Source: Macrostomum hystrix
Taxonomy: Eukaryota > Animalia > Platyhelminthes
NCBI GenBank assembly: GCA_950097015.1
Contig: CATNEN010000024.1
Span: forward strand, 744,001 to 808,000
Length of the DNA: 64,000 bases
Direction of reading: 5' to 3'
A program made the translations under genes and the position numbers. Below, piece by piece: positions 1-12,800 of the stretch; within the stretch, counting starts at the first letter, position 1, and each line of letters starts with the position of its first letter. Below the pieces are notes generated by a model, which was given only the letters and a program-made list of their open reading frames with translations, was not told where the DNA came from and made no database searches.

Positions 1-600
1 CCTGTCTCATCTCTCCCGTGTCTCATCTCTCCCTTGTCTCATCTCTCCCCTGTCTCATCTCTCCCGTGTCTCATCTCTCCCCTGTCTCATCTCTCCCGTG
101 TCTCATCTCTCCCTTGTCTCATCTCTCCCTTGTCTCATCTCTCCCTTGTCTCATCTCTCCCGTGTCTCATCTCTCCCGTGTCTCATCTCTCCCGTCTCTC
201 ATCTCTCCGCTGTTTTATCTCTCCCGTGTCTCATCTCTCCCCTGTCTCATCTCTCCCGTGTCTCATCTCTCCCGTGTTTCATCTCTCCCGTGTCTCATCT
301 GTCCCCTGTCTCATCTCTCCCGTGTCTCATCTCTCCCGTGTCTCATCTCTCCCGTGTCTCATCTCTCCGCTGTTTTATCTCTCCCGTGTCTCATCTCTCC
401 CCTGTCTCATCTCTCCCGTGTCTCATCTCTCCCGTGTCTCATCTCTCCCGTGTCTCATCTCTCCCGTGTCTCATCTCTCCCGTGTCTCATCTCTCCTATG
501 TCTCATGTCTCATACCTCTACTGCCTCATCTCTTATCTCTACTGTCTTATCTCCACTGTATCATCTCATGTCTTAACTCTAATTCTCATCTCTCCCGTGT
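1..600. repeat. 16-bp minisatellite (GTGTCTCATCTCTCCC)n, degenerating after ~490, in a DCC intron
   Basis: Tandem unit read directly; it explains ORFs 18..800, 34..576 and 98..622. The same unit recurs at ~12263 and ~63712 on the opposite strand. Confidence 0.97.
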
Positions 601-822
601 CTCAACTTTTCCCTGTCTCTAATTCATCTCCGCTGTTTCTCATCCCGATGTGGTCTCTTGTATTCTTGTATATTCTTATAAGTGTGTCTAAGCAGGGCAG
701 TGAGAATGAGCTATCAGACTCAGAACCCAATCGGAATTTCTACTCGAGGGTCGACAAATTAGAACAGAATCCATCTTATCTTGCAGCTGTAATTCGATAA
801 TGAACAGGCAATGAAAGCTTAC

Positions 823-3800
823 TCCAGTTGCGTCTTAGGCAGCCGGTCAATCTCGCACTGAAAGACCACCGTGTCATTAACAGACGCCTCCTTGTCCTGC
901 GGCTGCTGACTGAACTCTGCGCTGACGTCTAGACCCGTGTTCGATGATCGCACATGAAGAAAGTGGTGGGTCGGAGGTTGGGGTTGGTGTTAAGTTGTGA
1001 TAGACTTCCGTCAGTGTGAAGTGGTCGAATTGCCAGCCTCCGCAATATTATCTTATCCTCCACTCGCGCATACCGTATTCTACCCGTTACTCATCAATCA
1101 AGAGTTTTGTGTTGTGAGCATGACTCATACACCCACACACACCCACACACACACCCACACACACTGTCTCAAAGTTTCAGCTGAGTAGTGCCTTCCTGTT
1201 CTGATTTTCTGCATAGCTGCCCGCCGCCGCCTGACCTCAGCCGACGCCGAAACGAAGCGACTCAATTGGCAGCTAGTCAATCAATTTGTCAGGACGCCTG
1301 CTTTGCAACATTGACACTGCATGGTTTCCGATGTATGGGCAGCGCTATTCAAAGTAAATGCTAAACCTCAGCTTTACTTGCTGCTAGGTGCCCTTAATGA
1401 AATCCCTAAATTTTCAGATTAAAAATCCCAAGATTTTCAGACTAGAAATCCTAAGATTTTTTTGGTTAGAAATCCCAAGATTTTCAGGCTAGAAATCCCA
1501 AGATTTTCAGGCTAGAAATCCCATGATTTCCAGGCTAGAAATCACAAGATTTTCAGACTAGAAATCCCAAGATTCTCAGGCTAGAAATCCCAAGATTTTC
1601 AGATTAGAAATCCCATGATTTCCAGGCTAGAAATCCCAAGATTTTCAGACTAGAAATCCCAAGATTCTCAGGCTAGAAATCCCAAGATTTTCAGACTAGA
1701 AATCCCAAGATTCTCAGGCTAGAAATCCCAAGATTTTCAGGCTAGAAATCCCATGATTTCCAGGCTAGAAATACCAAGATTTTCAGGCTAGAAATCCCAA
1801 GATTTTCAGGCTAGAAATCCCAAGATTTTCAGGCTAGAAATCCCATGATTTCCAGGCTAGAAATCACAAGATTTTCATGCTAGAAATCCCAAGATTTTTT
1901 TGGCGAGAAATCCCAAGATTTTCAGGCTAGAAATCCCAAGATTTTCAGGCTAGAAATCCCAAGATTTTCAGGCTAGAAATCCCATGATTTTCAGGCTAGA
2001 AATCCCATGATTTCCAGGCTAGAAATCACAAGATTTTCAGGCTAGAAATCCCAAGATTTTTTTGGCTAGAAATCCCAAGATTTTCAGGCTAGAAATCCCA
2101 AGATTTTCAGGCTAGAAATCCCAAGATTTTCAGGCTAGAAATCCCAAGATTTTCAGGCTAGAAATCCCATGATTTCCAGGCTAGAAATCACAAGATTTTC
2201 AGACTAGAAATCCCAAGATTCTCAGGCTAGAAATCCCAAGATTTTTTTGGCTAGAAATCCCAAGATTTTTTGGCTAGAAATCCCAAGATTTTTTTGGCTA
2301 GAAATCCCAAGATTTTCAGGCTAGAAATCCCAAGATTTTCAGATTAGAAATCCCATGATTTCCAGGCTAGAAATCCCAAGATTTTCAGACTAGAAATCCC
2401 AAGATTCTCAGGCTAGAAATCCCAAGATTTTCAGACTAGAAATCCCAAGATTCTCAGGCTAGAAATCCCAAGATTTTCAGGCTAGAAATCCCATGATTTC
2501 CAGGCTAGAAATACCAAGATTTTCAGGCTAGAAATCCCAAGATTTTCAGGCTAGAAATCCCAAGATTTTCAGGCTAGAAATCCCATGATTTCCAGGCTAG
2601 AAATCACAAGATTTTCATGCTAGAAATCCCAAGATTTTTTTGGCGAGAAATCCCAAGATTTTCAGGCTAGAAATCCCAAGATTTTCAGGCTAGAAATCCC
2701 AAGATTTTCAGGCTAGAAATCCCATGATTTTCAGGCTAGAAATCCCATGATTTCCAGGCTAGAAATCACAAGATTTTCAGGCTAGAAATCCCAAGATTTT
2801 TTTGGCTAGAAATCCCAAGATTTTCAGGCTAGAAATCCCAAGATTTTCAGGCTAGAAATCCCAAGATTTTCAGGCTAGAAATCCCAAGATTTTCAGGCTA
2901 GAAATCCCATGATTTCCAGGCTAGAAATCACAAGATTTTCAGACTAGAAATCCCAAGATTCTCAGGCTAGAAATCCCAAGATTTTTTTGGCTAGAAATCC
3001 CAAGATTTTTTGGCTAGAAATCCCAAGATTTTTTTGGCTAGAAATCCCAAGATTTTCAGGCTAGAAATCCCAAGATTTTCAGGCTAGTAATCCCAAGATT
3101 TTCAGGCTAGAAATCCCATGATTTCCAGGCTAGATATCACAAAATTTCCAGGCTAGAAATCCCATGATTTCCAGGCTAGAAATCCCAAGATTTTCAGATT
3201 AGAATTACCTCGATTGTTAGAGCATGAATCCTATAAAATTTTCTGACTGAATTTCTGACGCTGTCAGACTAGAAACCCCTATTTTGTACTAGATTTACTT
3301 GGTCATAAGTTCTTGCTATGAACCGTTGAAGTCATAGCAAGGCTCCTAGGCCAGAGGGCCAGAGGGAAAAGTTTATTTAAAATTAATCGCATTTAATTGT
3401 TTGAAGTACACTTTAAAAAGCTACTGAAAATGTAAGTACTAGTCGGTGTGCCAATTTTCCAGTAGTCTAATTCTGATGCTTTCCTTAATTTCTTTATCAG
3501 CCTTGGATGGGGGACATTCAGCGTCCACAGAGAAAATTCTGAAGTCCATTCCTGATGCGCTTCAAAATCAAGTCAGCTGAAAGTGGAACTTAATCTTATA
3601 AAACTCCCACCCTACAAAACTGGAAGTCTGCAAGTCAGTATTAAAAAAATGCGTTGGCAGTTTTGTAAATTTTGAATGTCAAACCTAAAGGGGTGGTTGC
3701 ATTTGTTTATATGATGCGACCAAAGCTAAATGTATTTCTGTCGTCAATGTTCAAGACTACGATCTAATGTTTAATTTGTGGGATCCAGATCCCAACCTTT

Positions 3801-6228
3801 TCCCAACCAGATCCCAACACTTTCTTCCATTTGGCAGTGCTGAAGTGAAGTGAAGTGAAAACACAGTCAGTCAGTCACACTCACACGCTTTAGGGGGAGA
3901 AAAAATACGTAGAAAAATAGAAGCAGTGAGTGATATGGTGAGCACAGTTCTCATATGCAGCTGCCCTACTGACTTCCAAATCCTGCTGGTCTAAAGAAGG
4001 GACAACTGAGTTAAAAATAGTCTTAACTACCCAGGCTGCTCAACAATTTAAGCACGAAAATTCTCTAAAACATTTGCTTTAGAAGCAGAATAACAACTAA
4101 ACAGTTGGTGAGAGCGAATCTGTGAGCGATGCCCATCCAGTTCTCAAGGTTTATGATCACTCTGTAACAAATGCATCTCATTCTCACAGCACTCATTACT
4201 GGGAGAAGTAGGACTCACAAAATACTGGATTTACATCTTTGATTGAAATCGCTTTTAGTGAGTGGTGAGAGAGGGCACTAGCCTTCAGGCAGTGACTGTT
4301 GGGATAGTGCACTAGCCTTCAGGCAGTGACTGTTGGGAGAGTGCACTAACCTTCAGGCAGTGACTGCTGGGATAGTGCACTAACCTTCAGGCAGTGACTG
4401 TTGGGATAGTGCACTAACCTTCAGGCATTAGCTGTTGGGAGAGTGCACTAACCTTCAGGCAATGACTGTTGGGAGAGTGCACTAACCTTCAGGCAGTGAC
4501 TGTTGGGATAGTGCACTAACCTTCAGGCATTAGCTGTTGGCAAAGTGCACTAACCTTCAGGCAGTGACTGTTGGGAGAGTGCACTAACCTTCAGGCAGTG
4601 ACTGTTGGGAGAGTGCACTAACCTTCAGGCAGTGACTGTTGGGATAGTGCACTAACCTTCAGGCAGTGACTGTTGGGATAGTGCACTAACCTTCAGGCAT
4701 TAGCTGTTGGGAGAGTGCACTAACCTTCAGGCAGTGACTGTTGGGATAGTGCACTAACCTTCAGGCATTAGCTGTTGGCAAAGTGCACTAACCTTCAGGC
4801 AGTGACTGTTGGGAGAGTGCACTAACCTTCAGGCAGTGACTGTTGGGATAGTGCACTAACCTTCAGGCAGTGACTGTTGGGATAGTGCACTAACCTTCAG
4901 GCATTAGCTGTTGGGAAAGTGCACTAACCTTCAGGCAGTGACTGTTGGGATAGTGCACTAACCTTCAGGCAGTGACTGTTGGGAGAGTGCACTAACCTTC
5001 AGGCAGTGAGTGATGGGAAAGGGCGCTAGCCTGCCATATTTATCAAGCGAGTCAGCGGCCTCATTCAGTAAACCACTGTAGTCATTATATTCAGCTTACA
5101 GGCGATGCTCAAAGTCGCCGTTCGACTCCTAGCCGCTCCAACAGAGTCCAACCGAAGCAAGCAGTGGTAGGAGCCAATGTCAGGTTGTTCAGATTCCGTC
5201 TGCACTGTTTTTGCTATGTACAATGAATTGTTTGTCAATAGATGTCTGAAATGTTTATTTCGCACGTCGATTGGGCGATGCCGATAAAATGTCAAAATCG
5301 AGTTTAATATTTAAAATAATCCAAAACAAGCGCATAGCAACTCACACTCGATTGGACGAGCTGTGAGTCAGCCCTAACATCGGTCTGTCATTGTGGTACC
5401 AAGTGACGTTTACCAAGCTTTTGGCTGATTGAGCCGCATCGTAGGCGCAGTCAAATCTAGCTGGCTGGCCTCTGACAACTAGGGCATCTTGGGGCTCCTG
5501 TGTGAATCTGAGATTAATTAGCTCTCTCGTACCTGCAATTCAATTTATTGGAGCATGGCGGAAGCCTTTGTTGAAGCGCACAAAAAAAGTTTGAAAATTA
5601 AGCTTAAGCTTAAGGCATATATTTAGTTGAATAAGTATAATAAGTACTAAAGCGCTTTAGGACAGTTTGTTACAGATTTCAAAAGCTTTATAAGGCCCGT
5701 CCTAAAAAGTTACAGATGTATGATATATATATATTATATATTATTCAAATATTTTGTACGTAAACATACTATTACAGTATTAATGTATTCATCTCACAGT
5801 TTTTACAGATGATAAAGGTCCTGTTATATTTTTTTCATTTTTTTTTCAATTTTGGCTGTCATAGTCTAGTTACAGCAGAGTTTTTTTAAAACAGAAACAT
5901 GAATTATATATAATAAAACTCAAAAATTTGTCGAAATATATTGAGGAAAGACTCAGCAAATTTAAAATACTACAACACTACCAACAAAAAAGAAGCCATT
6001 TTATGCTTCAAATGTGACTTCATTAAAAAATCATGGATAACTGGTCTATTCTACTTTGGTCTTGTGAAAAAAAAATGTTTAATTTTAGATGATATCAAAA
6101 ATGAGTTTAAAATCACATCTTGTTATTAACAGAACACTTTTATTAAACACTCAATGCTTACCGAGTTCTGCGGATTTTATATCATGTAACACTGCCAATA
6201 AGAGCCAAAAAGTAACTATTTGGAGCAT
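823..6228 (-). CDS. DCC: DCC/neogenin/frazzled (UNC-40)-like netrin receptor, 5' part (signal peptide, Ig1, start of Ig2); continues beyond the window start
   Basis: Phase-consistent GT-AG exons 6228-6162, 5532-5346, 5245-5100, 928-823. Translation: MLQIVTFWLLLAVLHDIKSAELG-TRELINLRFTQEPQDALVVRGQPARFDC...VTWYHN...NNSLYI...PDIGSYHC...SRTATLSIAYVSAEFSQQPQDKEASVNDTVVFQCEI. This follows DCC Ig1-Ig2 (FLSEPSDA...PDEGLYQC...SRTAKV...GDTVLLKCEV). Confidence 0.85.
1128..1163. repeat. imperfect (CA)n microsatellite
   Basis: acacccacacacacccacacacacacccacacacac. Confidence 0.85.
1400..3200. repeat. 23-bp minisatellite (AGGCTAGAAATCCCAAGATTTTC)n in a DCC intron
   Basis: Tandem unit read directly; contains an internal 740-bp higher-order duplication. 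Confidence 0.97.
4270..5025. repeat. 34-bp minisatellite (GTGCACTAACCTTCAGGCAGTGACTGTTGGGAGA)n
   Basis: About 22 tandem copies read directly, in a DCC intron. Confidence 0.96.
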
Positions 6229-7169
6229 GATTCACTGCAGATAGTGTTTACTGACTTCATATATCCATTTTCTTTAAAGCACTGAACTCCAATGTATTAC
6301 GGCACATATTTTTGTCCGTGTCACTCAGTTAAGAAGCATTTGTTTCAGGATCTGAAATCTGAAGGATGGGCGTATTAAAAATTGTCTGCTCTGGCCAGGT
6401 CGATGCGAAACGTCGATTGATAAATTCAAATTTCGGTACGCGATAGTTTCGCGCATTTAAATAAGATTTCAAAATATATTTCAGTGTGTTAAAGATTTTG
6501 AAATGTATTTAAAGCCAGATAAAAAATTGCGTTGTGTTTTTAGAAGTAAGCCATTTTCTATCTCATGTTAATAAACATTTTGTATGAACTTCTTTATTTT
6601 AACGTAATACTAGATGGTGAATAAAAGTGCATTAAAACGATTCGACAGACTCGCCTTACAAATTATACATATAGCTCGTACTTTCCGTTACTTTCTTTTC
6701 ACAGTTTTTTCGATCTGATATGAAATTTATTTTGCGAGTCTACTGAGTTCTTGCTAATTGATTAATTAATACCATAATCCCTTTATCCCTTTATTATATT
6801 ATCTTTGAATGCAACTGAGATAATCCCTTTAGTTTACTGCATATGATCTCAATTTTCACGCATATTTTTTCACTTTATTAGACCCACAGTTACAGCCAAA
6901 AAAGTTTCATATTTGTTTCAATTTCAATCATCAATCAACAATCAACCAACATAATCTAATTTTTATAATATCAACCCAATTACATGTACAGTGTGTCAAG
7001 AATTCGCTAGGAGACCACTAGCAAACCCTTGTCATGGTCGATGACGAGGGCGAATTAATGCCCGGCCAAAATGTTACGTTTTCATAAAGTTAAATATGTT
7101 ATTATTATTATATTATCTTTGAATGCAACTGAGATATATCAATGCACTTTTCCTGCCAACTTACCAGCG

Positions 7170-7189
7170 GCCTCCGTGGCGCAATCGGC

Positions 7190-7226
<37 letters not shown>

Positions 7227-7243
7227 GAGCCCACCCGGGGGCG
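7170..7243 (+). tRNA. tRNA-Asn(GTT)
   Basis: Acceptor stem GCCTCCG/CGGGGGC, anticodon arm TTCGG-CT-GTT-AA-CCGAA, T-loop GGTTCGAGCC, T6 Pol III terminator at ~7247. Confidence 0.97.
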
Positions 7244-7492
7244 AAATTTTTTACTTGACTTAGTATCAAAACTGTTAAAAATGGCCGTTTTTTATCATGA
7301 AAATATCTGAAGTCTAGACGAATATTTTACCTAATACGTGTATACTACTGTCGAGTTTACATTTTACCTTTTGACTCACGGTACACACGGTATTTCAACA
7401 ACAGAATCTCTGAATCAGATTCAAGTAAAAATATTGCCACTATACTTCGGTGAGCGCAGCTTTTTTGGCAAAGTGTTGGGTACAAAAATAAT

Positions 7493-7564
7493 GGGCTCAG
7501 CCGGGATTTGAACCCGGGACCTCTCGCACCCAAAGCGAGAATCATACCCCTAGACCACTGAGCC
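7493..7564 (-). tRNA. tRNA-Pro(TGG)
   Basis: Reverse complement GGCTCAGTGGTCTAGGGGTATGATTCTCGCTTTGGGTGCGAGAGGTCCCGGGTTCAAATCCCGGCTGAGCCC; T5 run downstream. Confidence 0.97.
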
Positions 7565-8636
7565 TGCTGTTCCCTTGAAGTTAAATTGAGCTTCTTATAT
7601 CGTCTTTTGTATTCAGTACTTTCTTATGTGTGTGTCAAGAGAATTTAACACACAAAATAACTTTGCTATATGGCGAAAATTTCTACCGCAGAAACTTAAA
7701 AAACCAACGCGACAATGTACTCGCCAAGGAAAGGAAAAAAGCTAATCTTAAGGTCAGAAGATCAGTCGTTTCTTTTTACGCTGTGAATCGATTGACACTA
7801 CTCATTTCAGTAGGCACGTATGCAAAATGTGCCTTTTATATTCGATGCATGAATATTTTATCGAGATTGAGTCAAGTACTAATTGGGGAATGCAGCCGAA
7901 AAGTCAATTCAAATAACACACCATTAAAGGTAAAAAGAAATCGATTAGACTTTAAATTTTGATTGTTTTTATATGACTTCAAAATGCATCTGAATGGCCT
8001 ATGCGCAATTAACATTTCGAGTACCTAATTGTGTAGCAGGTTATAAGCGCCATCAATATTTTGACAGGAAGCAGATCATGCTTATAAATTCTTTTCTGAT
8101 CCTAAACTCTGGCCCGAATTGCTCCTACTTAGGGATCAAAAGCTTATAGTCACTCCCTCGCGGAGACTTGCTAGCTCATGGGATGTAGAAAATCATGTAT
8201 CTCCCATTTACGGCTCCTGTATGTACGGCTATCCTAAATCTAAGTAGCGCTTTGCGTTCAAATCCCTAATCCGCTAATCTCTGCCTAGGCTTACCTAATC
8301 GGCTACATGGAATACGCGGATGAGGGACACGAAAATCGTTTAAATTCTCAAATCCAACTTACTGCGAAAAGATACAAGTTTCTCCAAGGGATGTCCATGA
8401 ATTAGAACTGTTTTCTTGTGAAGCATTTTTTAGCAACTCGCTTTTGCACGACCGGAGAAACTAGCCTTCCACTCATCTCGGAACAGCCGGACTAATTTCA
8501 CAGATGTCATTCATGCAGATTAGGTGAATTGTGCTCGTTAACAGGTAGGAAGACCACGGAGGCTAATTTCAAATACCCAAATTTTCATTTTTTCTGTATC
8601 TCCCCAAATATTGAATCAAATGTCATGAAAATCCAG

Positions 8637-8760
8637 AACACGGGCTAAAATTGTCCGCTCTCATCCTATGAAACGACTTCCAGAATCTTCGAGATATTGA
8701 GCAATGTTAGTTCGACAAGAATCGTTGAATATTTCGACGATTCTGACGTCGGACGCCGTT
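8637..8760 (+). other. probable 5'UTR exon of the TIA-1 gene carrying uORFs
   Basis: Pyrimidine tract 8581-8605 then CAG at 8634-8636; donor GTAAGT at 8761; next acceptor TTCAG ends at 9839. No transcript evidence. Confidence 0.45.
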
Positions 8761-9855
8761 GTAAGTTAGCCGTTGTTGATCGTATACCCTTGAAGCTATT
8801 GAAGCTACGGATGAAAAAAAACTGTCTATGGCTAAAACGTTCTCTAAGGCAGGTGCACCATAGATCCGTACTCAAACTGCGTAGGGATTTGGTGAGCACA
8901 GGAGGGCCCTTAGGGATTAGAAGGCGCACTCAGCAGTTTCTCTGGTCCAATTTGGGGTTATGAAAACTGCCACCACCCCCTCTGTCCCAGTCTGCTCAAG
9001 CTGCGTCCGCTTTACTCTCACCATTCGGAGCCAACAACCAACCACCCCCCTACCTCCTGCAGGCACGCGGATGCTTTAGGAGGCTCGGCTATAGTTATAA
9101 CTGTCAACCCAGGCACCAAAACCTGATCCCTGTCCGAGCCCTTCCCAAACCACCCCCGAAACTCTCCTATTTTTTCTTCCACTTTTGCCACCTCAACCTC
9201 CTCATTTACCTCTCTCCCCTGCTTGTCCTTTCCCTTCGCAACCCTGCGCCTCAATGCTGCAGCAGCAGCGGCGGCAGCGGCACCTCCTCTCGACCCCCCC
9301 CCTACACAGAATTCAATGCTTTTGGCCTCTCTTCTCTCGCTAGCGATTTTCCTGGCCGCTCTTCTACCCCCCTTCCAAGTCCCCCAATTGCCATCCCGCC
9401 AATCGCATGCAACCAATGATAGTCTCACCACACAACTGGAGCTTCTACCAGCACCAGACGCTGGGCCTGAGGAGGGCTGCTGGCTCCCAAAGGCAGGTTC
9501 TCAAATGAGGAGGAGAAGAAAAGAATGGGAGAATTGGCGATGGGGTTGGCGGGACATAGAGAGGACGGCAGGAGGAGGAGAGGGGTCTGGGAGAATCGGA
9601 GTAGGGGGTTAGGGGCCGCCCACTGACAGGGCTGCAGCAATTGTGAACTCATTCAAATTTTATGAAAGGCGACCAGCCACCCCAGCCTCCGCCATCACAT
9701 TTACCCCCCTCCATCGTGCCCGGCCGGCCGACCCCACACTGCGATACTCAAAAGCGCTGCAACTAGGCAAACTTTGTCTTTTGTAGTTCAACAAATAACT
9801 AGTCTTCTAGTTGTTATTATTTTCTACTCATCAATTCAGCACACTATCCAGCACA

Positions 9856-12800
9856 ATGCTCTACGAACTAGTCATGGTGCCGCCAAATATGTACAACACC
9901 GTTGCAGCCGGTGGCGGCGCGTCCAACGCCGCTGTTGCAGCCGCCGCTGCGGCCGGAGCTACGCCGAACGGCCTGGTGTCAGGCTATCCCGGATATGGGA
10001 GCAGTGCAGCAGCCAACCTGCAGAATGCGCTGACTGGCCTGCCGCTAAACAAGGTATGTTTTGAGCCACCAGATTCTAAATTTGGAAGTCCATATCGAAT
10101 TCTCGATTTCTCGAGCCAGAAGTTTTGTCTATGGCCAAGGCTGGCGGGCTGACTTCTTCCCACGAGCCAGAAGTTTTGTCTATGGCCAAGGCTGGCGGAC
10201 TTTTTCCCAATTTCACAGTGTCTAATAGGAGCCATTTTAATGCAGCTTCTTTTTTATTCATTTGCTTAAACTTCGCCCGAAGAAATCAGGGTGGAGGGTG
10301 CGAAGCCGAGATTGCTGCGACGGCGGAGGCGCGGTGGGCGAATGGTCAAATGGGAATTGCCGTTTGGGGCAATAAATTTGGGCTGATTGTCAGAGCTCGC
10401 CACATAGCAGCCCCGCCCAGTTCCCATCCAAGTCTCCTGAGCATCGACTCCAGTCTTCCAAACTGTCCCAGTGATTTCTATTTTTTTCTCTTCCTCTATG
10501 TCTGTCTGTCTCTCTGAAAATTTCTCCCAGAAATGACGCCGCGACTCTTGGCCTTTCAGAGCCGGCGCAGTTCGGCAAGTTGACCGCCTTCTCTGCAAAT
10601 TTTATATATGGATGAGCCATGGGAGGCTGGGAGCTCTATACGCTGAGTTGACTGCACCTCCCTTGGCGACGCCCTCCCCAAACTTCATCAAGTTTATCGT
10701 CTTCAGAAAGGACACTTGGCTAAATTGCCTCCTTTCGTTCCTCCGGAATATAGCAGCAGGAGGACTCCAATCCCATCCTTTCTCCCAGCCCCTTCTCCCC
10801 TCTGGTTCCTTTTCAGAGCATTCGGGTTAGCATTCGGGGCAAAGCTCGCCTACTCTGCCTTGAGCTCATGTGCTCAGGGAGCCGACGAAATTGACCAGAT
10901 AGTACACGTATATAACCTCTTAGTTCACTATGGGTAACAGCTGTTTTTTGAAAATAATTTTCTACAAAAACCGGGCCGACGATGTCCGGTAACTACGGGT
11001 CCTGTGCTCGACCATTTTTTTCTTAATAGATGAAGTTCTGGCTTTAAAACATTTGGCCCAGCAGCCAGCTGTATAATATGAGATGGCTGCTGGTGGAGAA
11101 TGCAGCCATAAATTCATCCCCCTCAGGGCTGGAATCGAATTACATTGCCTTGCATGGGGAAGGTTTCTGGCTGGGACGGTCACCAGCAGCAACGGGACAC
11201 CAAAACTCATATTCTGGAGGGAGGACTGCTTTCGGGTCGAAAACTTTTTAGCAGGCGGCGGCGGCGGCGGTGGCTGCCTGCGATAGGAAAAAAAGTGAGA
11301 GTATATTGAAGGCGTTCTCGGATCACTAGCTCAGTTTCGAGCATGTCGCGCGGGCTGAAGAGTTTAATAATTCAGCAACCAAAAGAGAAAGATAGAGATG
11401 GAGGTGGGGGATCAGAAAAACCCGTTGAGATGGGACCTCCCAGCGGGAGACAACAGGCCGTTGTGACAGGCCAGAAGCTCAGCAGATCTTCCTTCCTCCA
11501 TCACTGCCTGTCTATCTCTGTCTAGCACCAACCGGGAACCGTTCATAATTGATGATCAAACCTTTTAGCAGCGTCGCCTTTTAGCGGAACCACCGAGGCT
11601 CTGGAGTGGAAGGTCGGCGGTGGGAAATTTGACAAGAGAAAACTGGGACAAACACTAAGAGTCACCCCCTCCCCAGAGACACCTGAAGTGAGGAAAGAGT
11701 AGATAAATAAGCACACTGGGAGATGGGGAGACAGGAGAGGCCTCGTTGGCACAGACTCTCCCACCAGTTACTTCCAATTTCCGTTGACCAAGTATTTTCT
11801 CACTAATTTCTTAGTTACAAACTCAAGATGTGAGTTGTATTTGAGATTTAAATTTTTCTTACTAATATAGTTTGATCACCATCTCAACGGCAGGGCTAGA
11901 CTTGATGGACAAGCTGGATGGAATTCAGCGGAATTCAGATTTGTTTTGTAATCAACTTTGTATTCCTCCATAAACCGGACTCGCCTCAACTTTGCTCATT
12001 TCTCTTTATAATTCACTTATTTCTCTATATAAAAGGCTTTATATTTAACTTTTTCCTAATTTGCTTTATACCCGTCACAGGTGGTGACGGGTCTTCCATG
12101 ACCTCCAGTGTTTGTTCCTCCATTGTGTCATTCATGTGACGAAATTGATAATTTTTCTTGCATTTGTTAAGAAATAACTAGCTCAAAGAAATTTTTACTC
12201 CTTGTCCAAGGCGATGATTCTCAAATAGCGAATTGCAACCCCGTAAAACTCACTGGTCTAAGACGGGAGAGATGAGACACGGGAGAGATGAGGCAGGGGA
12301 GAGATGAGACAGGGGAGAGATGAGACACGGGAGAGATGAGACACGGGAGAGATGAGACACGGGAGAGATGAGACACGGGAGAGATGAGACACGGGAGAGA
12401 TGAGACACGGGAGAGATGAGACACGGGAGAGATGAGACACGGGAGAGATGAGACACGGGAGAGATGAGACACGGGAGAGATGAGACACGGGAGAGATGAG
12501 ACAGGGGAGAGATGAGACACGGGAGAGATGAGACACGGGAGAGATGAGACACGGGAGAGATGAGACACGGGAGAGATGAGACACGGGAGAGATGAGACAC
12601 GGGAGAGATGAGACAGGGGAGAGATGAGACACGGGAGAGATGAGACACGGGAGAGATGAGACACGGGAGAGATGAGACAGGGGAGAGATGAGACACGGGA
12701 GAGATGAGACACGGGAGAGATGAGACACGGGAGAGATGAGACACGGGAGAGATGAGACACGGGAGAGATGAGACACGGGAGAGATGAGACACGGGAGAGA

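Noticed and set aside
3490-3590. Extra DCC exon
   Set aside because: Stops in the candidate frames, and exons 5100 and 928 already join in phase with continuous homology.
6791-7137. 32-bp direct repeat TTATTATATTATCTTTGAATGCAACTGAGATA (~6791, ~7106)
   Set aside because: Short AT-rich local duplication with nothing element-like between the copies.
8666-9652. ORFs 8666-8929, 8697-8963, 9018-9431, 9223-9612
   Set aside because: Mostly non-ATG starts and no recognisable domain; they fall in the probable 5'UTR exon/intron of TIA-1.
10112-10198. 36-bp direct duplication with a 51-bp period
   Set aside because: Simple local tandem duplication in an intron with no further signal.
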